This document shows, piece by piece, positions 54,943-62,924 of a stretch of 64,000 nt of DNA; position 1 is the stretch's first letter; each line of letters begins with the position of its first letter. Source of the DNA: Thermoplasmatota archaeon (GTDB lineage Archaea; Thermoplasmatota; E2; JACPAO01; JAHFTW01); contig DATLBS010000016.1 of assembly GCA_035526765.1 (NCBI GenBank), forward strand, positions 8,681-72,680, read 5' to 3'. Position numbers and translations under genes: made by a program. Under the pieces are notes generated by a model. The model was not told where the DNA came from. It worked only from the letters and a program-made list of their open reading frames with translations, and made no database searches.

Positions 54943-56685
54943 TCAGGCCTCGGTGAAGGCGGGGCTGGTCGCCGTGGCTCCCGTCGTGGACGTGGCGCGG
55001 AACACCAGGTGGGTCCCCGCGGGCACGGACATGCTCTTGGCGTAGGTCCCCCACGAGTCCTTCGGGAGCGCGGTCCAGGCGCCGCCGTCTAGGCGGACCT
55101 CGACCTTGGCGATGGCCTGGCCGGAGGAGACCGCGGTCTCGACCCACCAGTGGTTGGTGAGGGTCTTGGGCGTGAACGTCGCCGCGAACGTCGCCGGCGA
55201 TGGGGCCGTCGAGGTGGTGGACGTCGGCGTCGGGCTCGACGTGGCCGTGCCCGTGGACACGAGCCAGGCCATGGGCGGAGACATGGCGGTGCGGCCGTCC
55301 ACGTCCTTGGCGGTGGCGAGGACCGTGGAGCCCTTGGGGGCGCTGAAACTGGCCGCCCACGTGCCCCACGACGTCTTCGCAAGCGCGTGTGGCGACCCGC
55401 CGTTGACGGTGGCGGACACGCTGGCCACGGTGGCGCTGGCCGTCACCTTGAGGTCCACCCACCACGCGTTGGAGCCCGATGCGGGCGCGAACGTGGCCGT
55501 GAAGGCCGCGGCGGGGGCCGGGGCCGGGGCGGACCCGTACGCCAGGGCGCGGTCGGCGCGCACCAGGCCGGCGCCGGAAGCGGTGTCGCGGCCGGCAGGG
55601 CCGACGTCCTGCGCGGTCGCCTCGAGGGCCTGCCGCACCTGCACGTTCGTGTAGGTGGGGTGCGCGTTCCACACGAGGGCCGCGGCGCCGGAGACGTGCG
55701 GGGCGCTAAGCGAGGTGCCGCCGCCGTAGAGGTAGGCGTTGTTGGCGCCGTGCCCCGTCGTGTAGATGTTCGAGCCGGGTGCAGCGAGGTCGACCTGCAG
55801 GCCCTTGCTGGTCGTGCTGCAAGTGGCCAAGGCCTGGTCGATGCAGCCCACGGCGATGACGTTGCTGTAAGCGGCGGGGTACAGGACGCAGTCCGCGCAT
55901 CCGCCGTTGCCGGCCGCGGCCACCAGGAGAAGGCCCTTGCCCCACGCGTAGTCGACGGCGCTCTGCACGGCGGAGCTCGGGGTGGGGCCCCCCACCGACA
56001 TGGAGACGATGCGGGCGCCGTTGTCGGCGCACCAGCGGATGCCCATCGCGATGTCGGAGTCGTAGCCCTGGCCCTGCGAATCCAGGACCTTGACCTCCTT
56101 GAGGGGGGCGTTCGCGATGCCGGCGACCCCGAGGCCGTTGTTGATCGTCGCGACCGCGACGCCGGCGGTGCGGGTGCCATGGCCGCCGTCGTCCCAGGGG
56201 TCGCTGTCGAAGTTGACGAGGTCGGTGCCGCCCACGTAGCGGGCCTTCAGGTCCTCATGCGTGTAGCGGACACCGGTGTCCAGCATGCAGACCGTGGCCG
56301 CAGGGCCGCCAAGCGAGGTGCTCCAGGCGGCGGGCGCGCCGATGGCCTGGGGCGCGTACTGCTTGCCGAAGCCGGGGTCGGTCGGCGTGAGCCCGAGGGC
56401 GTGCGAGACCCCATCCGCCTCGATGGAGCGGACGCCGCTGCGCCCGTGTACGTGTTCCTTGAACGCCTTGCCGTGCGGGGCCTGCACGACGGCGAAGCCC
56501 AGGGCCTCGTCGATGGCGAGGACATCAGCGCCCTCGTAGTCGCCGTGCGGCTGGAGGCCGGGAGGCATCCGGTCGAAGTGGACGACGAGGCGCTGGGGCG
56601 GGTCGTCGGCTGCGGGGGCGGCGGCCGCGACGCCGGTGCCCAGGAGGGCGGCGACGAGGATGCAGGTGGTCAGGAGGATCTTCAT
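54943..56685 (-). CDS. secreted subtilisin-like serine protease (S8) with two C-terminal WWVE-type beta-sandwich modules
   Basis: Signal peptide MKILLTTCILVAALLGTGVAAAAP. Catalytic triad context D (MLDTGV), H (HGTRTAG), S (GTSLSAPH). Two roughly 90-aa repeats: FTATFAPASGSNAWWVDLKV...VNGGSPHAL...WGTWAASF and FAATFTPKTLTNHWWVETAV...LDGGAWTAL..WGTYAKSM. Confidence 0.85.
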   Translation of the reverse strand: MKILLTTCILVAALLGTGVAAAAPAADDPPQRLVVHFDRMPPGLQPHGDYEGADVLAIDEALGFAVVQAPHGKAFKEHVHGRSGVRSIEADGVSHALGLTPTDPGFGKQYAPQAIGAPAAWSTSLGGPAATVCMLDTGVRYTHEDLKARYVGGTDLVNFDSDPWDDGGHGTRTAGVAVATINNGLGVAGIANAPLKEVKVLDSQGQGYDSDIAMGIRWCADNGARIVSMSVGGPTPSSAVQSAVDYAWGKGLLLVAAAGNGGCADCVLYPAAYSNVIAVGCIDQALATCSTTSKGLQVDLAAPGSNIYTTGHGANNAYLYGGGTSLSAPHVSGAAALVWNAHPTYTNVQVRQALEATAQDVGPAGRDTASGAGLVRADRALAYGSAPAPAPAAAFTATFAPASGSNAWWVDLKVTASATVASVSATVNGGSPHALAKTSWGTWAASFSAPKGSTVLATAKDVDGRTAMSPPMAWLVSTGTATSSPTPTSTTSTAPSPATFAATFTPKTLTNHWWVETAVSSGQAIAKVEVRLDGGAWTALPKDSWGTYAKSMSVPAGTHLVFRATSTTGATATSPAFTEA

Positions 56686-56739
56686 GAGGGTCACGTGGGC
56701 GGTCTTGGGCGGGCCGGAGGCGCTCCGGAGCGGGCGCGG

Positions 56740-56879
56740 GGGCGCCAAGGGGGTAGGCGAAGTCGGAGAGGAAGGGGAAGAGGGCGGAGAGGCGGAGAGG
56801 AGGGAGGATAGGCGAAAGGAGGGGGGCTGGAGGAAGAGGACGGAAGGAGATGGAGGAGGGGAGAAGATGTGCGGCGCGC
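56740..56879 (-). terminator. long pyrimidine-rich tract on the minus strand downstream of the glycoside hydrolase gene
   Basis: Plus strand reads gagaggaaggggaagagggcggagaggcggagaggagggaggataggcgaaaggaggggggctggaggaagagg. Its complement is C/T-rich. Confidence 0.35.
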
Positions 56880-58517
56880 CTACGTCCAGGTGTAGGTCGT
56901 GCTGGTGGCGGTCTGGCCCGTGCTGGCGGTGGCCACGAAGACCACCTTGCTGTTGTTGGGCGCGTTCAGGCTCTTGGCGTACGTGCCCCAGGAGTCCTTC
57001 GGCAGGTCCACGAGGGACCCGCCGTTGATGCGGACCTGGACCTTCGTGACGGCCTTGTTGGCCGTGACGCCGGTCTCGACCCACCAGTCGTTGCCCAGCG
57101 ACTTGGGCGAGAACGAGGCCGTGAAGGCCGTCGTCGTGCTGCTGGCGGAGGTGCTGGTGGCGGGGGCCGCGGTGCCCGTGCTGGTGGCGGTGGTGCCGGA
57201 GGTGCCGGTCACGGTCGCGTACGAGACCATCCAGGCCACCTTGGGCGACACGGCCGCATGGCCGGTCGTGTCCTTGGCCGTGAAGACGACCATGGACCCC
57301 TTGGGGGCGCTGAAGCTGGCCGCGTACGTGCCGTACGAGGTCTTGCCCAGGGCGTGTGCGCTGCCGCCGTTGACGGTGGCGGAGACCCCCGAGAGGGCGT
57401 GGTTGCCGGTGACCTTGGCCTCGACCCACCAGGCGTTGGCGCTGGAGGTCGGGGTGAACGACGCCGTGAAGACGGTCGCGGAGGTCGTCGTGGACGTCGT
57501 GGCGGGCGGCGAGGTCGTCGTGCTGGAGGCACGCTCGGCCTTCACGCCGGCGATCCACACCAGCGCGGCGGGCTTCTGGATGCCAGTGGTCTTGCTGGCC
57601 AGGCCCCAGTAGCGCTCCGCCATGCCGTAGTAGTTGGCGAGGTCCATCGTGGGCGAGTCGTACCAGGAGCGGTAGATCATCGCCTGCACGCCGAGGGCCT
57701 TCAGGTCCTGCATGTGGCTGAAGAACTTCGCGAGGGCGTCCTTCTGCATCGTGAGGTACGTGGGCTCCGGGTAGCTCGAGAGCGCGATGTCGGTGAGGAC
57801 GATCGGCTTGTTGAACAGCGTCTTGAGCTTCTGGACGCCGGCCAGCGTGCTGTCGTACAGGTTGCTGTAGGCGGTGCCCGTCTCGTGGGTGGAGCCACGC
57901 ATCCCCTGCAGGCCGGTGAAGTCGCTCTTGGCGGCGATGCGGTCGAAGTTGTGCCAGTTCTCGCTGCCCCAGTTGCCGAAGGCCAGGACGACCTTCGCGT
58001 TGGGGTACCGGGAGTGGATGTAGTCGGCCATGTCGGCCATGTAGCCGTCGAACGGCTCGTAGGTCGAGATGCCACCCTTGTTGAACTCCGACTCCAGGAA
58101 CACCATGACGGGCTTGCCGCCCATCTTGGAGTTCATGTGGTCCGTCATCTGCTGCGCCAGCTGCTTCCAGTGGGCGCGGTCCTTCTGTGCGTTGTGGAGG
58201 CTGCTCCAGCAGCCGTTCTCGACGCAGGAGGGGGTGATGTCGTCGCCCCAGTAGTAGAAGTGGATCGCGGGCGTGACGCCGGCGTTGTTCATGTTGGTGA
58301 GCTGGGTGTCCGCGGAGCCCCAGCCGGAGCTGAGGGTCCAGGGGCCGATCCAGAAGGTGCCGTAGTCGGCCTTGACGCCGGCCGAGGCCTGGGCCGCCAT
58401 CGAGGACGACTCCATGCCGAAGGCCATGCGCCCGGGGGTGGTTGTTGCGGACGCTGCCAGGGGCAGGGCCCCCAGCAGCAGCCCGAGGCTCATCAGTCCG
58501 ATCAGGGTGCGTTTCAT
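56880..58517 (-). CDS. secreted glycoside hydrolase (TIM-barrel, clan GH-A-like) with two C-terminal WWVE-type modules
   Basis: Signal peptide MKRTLIGLMSLGLLLGALPLAASA. VMVFLESEFN and AFGNWGSENW resemble the acid/base and nucleophile regions of GH5/GH26-type enzymes. A Thr/Ser linker leads to FTASFTPTSSANAWWVEAKV... and FTASFSPKSLGNDWWVETGV.... Confidence 0.7.
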   Translation of the reverse strand: MKRTLIGLMSLGLLLGALPLAASATTTPGRMAFGMESSSMAAQASAGVKADYGTFWIGPWTLSSGWGSADTQLTNMNNAGVTPAIHFYYWGDDITPSCVENGCWSSLHNAQKDRAHWKQLAQQMTDHMNSKMGGKPVMVFLESEFNKGGISTYEPFDGYMADMADYIHSRYPNAKVVLAFGNWGSENWHNFDRIAAKSDFTGLQGMRGSTHETGTAYSNLYDSTLAGVQKLKTLFNKPIVLTDIALSSYPEPTYLTMQKDALAKFFSHMQDLKALGVQAMIYRSWYDSPTMDLANYYGMAERYWGLASKTTGIQKPAALVWIAGVKAERASSTTTSPPATTSTTTSATVFTASFTPTSSANAWWVEAKVTGNHALSGVSATVNGGSAHALGKTSYGTYAASFSAPKGSMVVFTAKDTTGHAAVSPKVAWMVSYATVTGTSGTTATSTGTAAPATSTSASSTTTAFTASFSPKSLGNDWWVETGVTANKAVTKVQVRINGGSLVDLPKDSWGTYAKSLNAPNNSKVVFVATASTGQTATSTTYTWT

Positions 58518-58886
58518 GGTCAGGTTCCGGGGCGCGTTTCCCGATGCAGAAGCACCAAGGTTGTCCGCGCCCGACCTGCCTTCCTCCCCCCCGTCCGACT
58601 TAATCGACCATCGTAGCCCTTATTGGGGACAACGGACCCGCGGGAATTCCCATATCAGTGTTCCCCCTCGCCGCGCCTGCCTCCCTTCTTATATAGCGCC
58701 CAGGGACGGAGCGCTGGTGTCCATCCCAGCGGGTCTGCATCTCCCGGAACGCCCCCCGCAGCAAGCCCACAGACGCTGAAGCCACGCACCCTTTTCCGGT
58801 CCAGACCAGCCGGAGCCCCCGGGGTGCCGCACTGACATCTGCGGGCCCTGCCCACCCCTGAAGCCTCAAGTAGTCCGTGGACGAAG

Positions 58887-59699
58887 GTGGAGTGGTCCCC
58901 ATCCGGGGGCACGGAGCTGGTCCACATCAAAGACAAGGTCCTCATCGTCGACGACGAACCCGATGTCCTGGAGAGCACGGCCCTCCTCGTGGAGGCCCTG
59001 GGCTACCAGGCCATCCGCCTGTCGGACCCCGCCGAGATCCTCGAGACCGTCGAGCAGGAGCAGCCCGGCATCCTGCTGCAGGACCTCAAGATGCCCGGCC
59101 TCAACGTGGCCGGCCTTGTCGCCGCCCTACGGCTGAACCCCCTCACAGCGGAGGTCCCATTGGTCTTCTTCAGCGCCGGCGGCGACCTGCCAACGACCGC
59201 GGCCCGCTATGACGCGTGGGGCTACCTCGCCAAGCCCTTCGGGAAGGAGGAGCTCGCCCGCCTGCTCAACCAGGTCCTCGGGGCTCCCGCCAAGCGCACC
59301 GGACCCTGGCAGGGCCGCGACATGCAGCGCGAGGTCCGCAGCGTCTTCCACGACTACTGGAACCTGCTGGCCGCCCTCAGCAACTACATCCTCATCCTCG
59401 ACCGCGCCAAGGGCCTGAGCGCCGAGGCCCAGAAGTCGGTGCGCGGACTCGACGAGATCATCCTCAAGCTCGAGTCGAAGACCGACCGCCTCAGCGCCTA
59501 CATCATGGCCCTCGTCGGCAGCATCGAGCCCGTCCCCGTCGCCCAGACGGCGACGCAGGCCCGCGGCGGCCGCTCCGGCGGCTCCGAGGGCGGCGACACC
59601 GGCCGCGCGTCCGGCCCCGGCCGCTCCGGCGGCACGGGCGGCAGCGGCTCGGGCCGTGTGTCCGGGCCTGGCAAGGACGACAACACGCCCACGGCGTGA
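58887..59699 (+). CDS. response regulator receiver protein with an uncharacterised C-terminal region and a Gly/Ser/Arg-rich tail (non-ATG start per track)
   Basis: KVLIVDDEPDVLE...ILLQDLKMPGLNG...LVFFSAGGD...GYLAKPF. C-terminal tail RGGRSGGSEGGDTGRASGPGRSGGTGGSGSG. Confidence 0.7.
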   Translation: MEWSPSGGTELVHIKDKVLIVDDEPDVLESTALLVEALGYQAIRLSDPAEILETVEQEQPGILLQDLKMPGLNVAGLVAALRLNPLTAEVPLVFFSAGGDLPTTAARYDAWGYLAKPFGKEELARLLNQVLGAPAKRTGPWQGRDMQREVRSVFHDYWNLLAALSNYILILDRAKGLSAEAQKSVRGLDEIILKLESKTDRLSAYIMALVGSIEPVPVAQTATQARGGRSGGSEGGDTGRASGPGRSGGTGGSGSGRVSGPGKDDNTPTA

Positions 59700-59745
59700 C
59701 ACACCTCCTTCCTTCCCTCTCTCCTTCCTTCTCCCGTTCCCTTTT
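59700..59745 (+). terminator. pyrimidine-rich tract after the response regulator gene
   Basis: cacctccttccttccctctctccttccttctcccgttcccttttctgtgg. Confidence 0.4.
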
Positions 59746-60349
59746 CTGTGGCCTCAAGTCGCCAAATCCTTCTCGTCGTCACGGCCATGTTCACGGACCG
59801 GTGACCGATCTGTACTGCACCCTTCGCCTCGGTGCCATGGCTTCCGGCACGGCCATCAGGTACGCGACGTCCCGAACGACGAACCACCGTTCCAGCTAGG
59901 ACGCCCTGTTGCCACTGCGATGTGCCGGAACAAGGGCCGGCCAAGCCACCGAGTGACCCTTTGGGACGCGGCAGCACTGCGGTTGCCAAGAAGGAGACGC
60001 AGCGGCAACCCTTGATGGCCGATGCCAGGGCTGGATTCCAAGACCTGCGCAACGCGCTGGAACCCGCTGGTCCAAGTTCATAGAGGGCGATGCCAGGCAC
60101 GTCCACGGATGCTTGATGCGGACTGGGGGCTGGCAGGTGGCGAAGCGGAGCCCTGATTCCTCGCGGATGCCGCGGAACACGCGGAGATCCCCATCTCCTG
60201 GGGCGAAGGTTCCCCATCGAGAGGTCTCCGTTCTCCGCGCCCGCCGCGTGCAAGGTCGACAGGCGCGCCTGCGCCGCCCGCTGGCAATGCACAAGAGGTG
60301 ATGGCCGGGGGGGGGGGGCGGGGCCCCAGGCAACGGGTCCATCGCAGCG

Positions 60350-60410
60350 ATGGAACGCAAAAAAGGACGCGAAGAAGGAAGGGGGGAAGGGAGGAGGGAT
60401 GCTCGCTGGC
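60350..60410 (-). terminator. pyrimidine-rich tract (minus strand) after the FG-GAP gene; inverted counterpart of the 59700 tract
   Basis: Plus strand reads cgcaaaaaaggacgcgaagaaggaaggggggaagggaggaggg, so the complement is T/C-rich. Confidence 0.4.
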
Positions 60411-62570
60411 CTACGGCCAGGTCGTCGTGCCCGAGGTCGCGACGGAGCCCGTCGTCGAGGTGGCCCGGAACTGGACCTGCGCGCCATGGTCCACGTGCAT
60501 GGACTTGGCCCACGTGCCCCAGTCGGTCTTGGCGAGGGCGATCCAGCTGCCGCCGTTGACGCGGGCATCGACGGAGCCCACCGGCTCGCCGTTGGAGGTC
60601 ACTGTGACCTCGACCCACCACTCGTTGATGTTCTTCGACACCGTGAAGGTGGGCGAGAAGCCCGAGGGCGGGCTCGTCGTCGTGCCGCTGGTGGTGGTCG
60701 ACGTCGTGGTCGTCGTGCTGCTGGTGGTGGTGGTCGTGCCGCCGCCCGGGCAGGTGACCAGGGTCGCGTCCGTGTTGGAGGGCGGGATCCACTGCCTGCA
60801 CGAGCTCAGGTCCGCGCTGCCGGCGGTGCCGGTGGCGCGCATCTGGACGATGGTGCCCTGCGTGATGTGGTACGAGGCGGCCCAGCCTCCCCAGGACTGC
60901 TTGGTCAGGGGCTGGAACGGTCCCCAGGCCCCGTTGTAGAGGCGGACCTCGACCTTGGCCAGGGGCTCGCCGTTGGTGGCCACGTTGGCCTGCACCCACC
61001 ACTCGTTGCCGCGGAAGGCCGTGAAGGTGGCGTCGAAGGCACCGGAGGGCGGGGGCGGGGGCGGGGGCGGCGGCGGAGGCGGGGGCGGCGGGGGCGTGCC
61101 CTGGCCACCGGTCAGCGTGGGGTAGGGCAGGTGCGGGTACACGGAGTTGTAGGCCACGTGCGTGTCGAAGACCAGGACGCCGCCGCCGCTGACGGTGGAG
61201 TCGCCGGCGCCGACCTCGACGACCCACTGCATGGTGCCGGTGCCCCAGAGGTCCGCGAGGATGGGGGCGCGGCTGACCTTCCAGTGCGTGGTCGGCACGA
61301 AGGCCTCCTTGGCGCCGGTGCGGGAGTCGAGGTACCAGATGCCGTCGCCGCCGGTGCCGGGGCCGTTGGCAAGGACTTCCTGGACGCCGTCGCCGTCGAC
61401 GTCGCCGAGGGTGAGGTCCTTGTTGCTCCAGTACGTGTTCAGGCTCTGCTTCCAGACCAGGTTGCCCTGGCCGTCGTAGCGGTAGAAGTTGCCAGGCCCG
61501 GTGACGTCCCAGTCGTACTGGGGGTCGATGCCGCCCTTGTGGCCGATCGTGTTCCAGTCGGCCCAGTAGATCTCGTTGCGGCCGTCGTGGTCGGCGTCCA
61601 CGATGACGGGGTGCGTGTAGGTCAGCGGATTGCCGCCGTTGACGTCCTGCTTGGCCCAGAGCACGGAGCCGCCCGTGCTGAAGGCGATCAGCAGCGCGTG
61701 GTCGTTCTCGAAGTTCGTGGTGTCGTGCGAGTCGCGGGCGCCGACGATGAAGTCGAGGCCGCCGGAGCCATCGATCTGGCCGATGGCGCCGCCGACGGGC
61801 ATGGCGCCCGACCGGAGGTTGTAGTGAGCGGTGACCGAGTAGCTCCAGCGGGTGGCGCCGGTGCGGCCGTTGAGCTGTGTGACGACGCCGCCGTCGGAGT
61901 TGAACATGACCTCGGGGTAGCCGTCACCGTCCATGTCGCCGGGCACCATCTCGGTGTTGCCGCCACCGATGCACTTCTTCCAGTACAGGCTGCCGTCCTG
62001 GCGCAGGGCGTAGAGGCCGGACTCCTCGGTGCTGCCAAGGATCTCGTAGCGGCCGTCGCGGTCGAGGTCGACCAGGACGGGCTTGGAGTCGGAGCCGGGG
62101 TTGGAGTAGCAGTCGCTGAGGCGGCGCTCCCATTCCTTGACGAAGGAGAAGTGGCCGGTGGTGCTGCCTCCGGGGTTGAAGCGGTACGAGGTGACGTAGG
62201 CGGCCGAGTTCTGGAGGACGATGCGGACGGTGCCGGCGGAGTCGAACACCGCGGCCTCGGGTCCGTTGAAGGTGCGGGCGCCCCAGCTGGAGGGGAACGT
62301 CGTCTTGAGCTCCGCCAGGATGGCGCCCGTCTTGGAGTCGAAGACGTACGCGTACTGGTTGTCGTTCTGGGCGATGATCTCCTTCCGGCCGTCGCCGTTG
62401 AAGTCGAAGACCTTGGGGGGGTTGCCGTCGAAGTTGCGGAACGGCACGGTGGGGTGCGCCGTGTTGGTCCAGATCGTGAGGGATTGGGTGGTTGCGGCCT
62501 CGGCGCCTCCCAGCATGGCGACGAACACCAGCGGGAGCACGAAGAGGGCGGTTGCTGCAAGCGCCTTCAT
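60411..62570 (-). CDS. secreted FG-GAP/VCBS-repeat beta-propeller protein with a poly-Pro linker and two C-terminal WWVE-type modules
   Basis: Signal peptide MKALAATALFVLPLVFVAMLGGAEA. Repeated FG-GAP Ca-binding loops (FDFNGDGRKEII, VDLDRDGRYEIL, GDMDGDGYPEVM, VDADHDGRNEIY, GDVDGDGVQEVL). P16 linker, then FDATFTAFRGNEWWVQANV... and FSPTFTVSKNINEWWVEVTV.... Confidence 0.8.
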   Translation of the reverse strand: MKALAATALFVLPLVFVAMLGGAEAATTQSLTIWTNTAHPTVPFRNFDGNPPKVFDFNGDGRKEIIAQNDNQYAYVFDSKTGAILAELKTTFPSSWGARTFNGPEAAVFDSAGTVRIVLQNSAAYVTSYRFNPGGSTTGHFSFVKEWERRLSDCYSNPGSDSKPVLVDLDRDGRYEILGSTEESGLYALRQDGSLYWKKCIGGGNTEMVPGDMDGDGYPEVMFNSDGGVVTQLNGRTGATRWSYSVTAHYNLRSGAMPVGGAIGQIDGSGGLDFIVGARDSHDTTNFENDHALLIAFSTGGSVLWAKQDVNGGNPLTYTHPVIVDADHDGRNEIYWADWNTIGHKGGIDPQYDWDVTGPGNFYRYDGQGNLVWKQSLNTYWSNKDLTLGDVDGDGVQEVLANGPGTGGDGIWYLDSRTGAKEAFVPTTHWKVSRAPILADLWGTGTMQWVVEVGAGDSTVSGGGVLVFDTHVAYNSVYPHLPYPTLTGGQGTPPPPPPPPPPPPPPPPSGAFDATFTAFRGNEWWVQANVATNGEPLAKVEVRLYNGAWGPFQPLTKQSWGGWAASYHITQGTIVQMRATGTAGSADLSSCRQWIPPSNTDATLVTCPGGGTTTTTSSTTTTTSTTTSGTTTSPPSGFSPTFTVSKNINEWWVEVTVTSNGEPVGSVDARVNGGSWIALAKTDWGTWAKSMHVDHGAQVQFRATSTTGSVATSGTTTWP

Positions 62571-62924
62571 GGCCGATGGCTCCGTCCCCACGTGCATAAG
62601 GCCGCAGGGACACGTTGGCGGTCCAACAGAAGGGGCCGCACATCTACGGAGGCGCCCGGCCATCGATGCCGGGGTTTGCCGGACAGTCGCGAGCCAGAGC
62701 CTGACCGCATCGCCACGCAACAAGGAACCGCGTGTGGCACGGCCGGCCCGTGGCGCCAGGCCACTCGCCCGGCAGGCCCCGGAAAGCCAGGCCCTGGGCC
62801 CTGAGGCCAGTTGTCGTACGCCTCTCGCGGCCGTCGCCGCGCCTCCGGGAATCCGCCTTGCGTCAGGCCCAGGAGGCCGGCTCGCCGCAGGTTGGACCGG
62901 AAAAGGGGAAGGTGGCGAGGCGCC

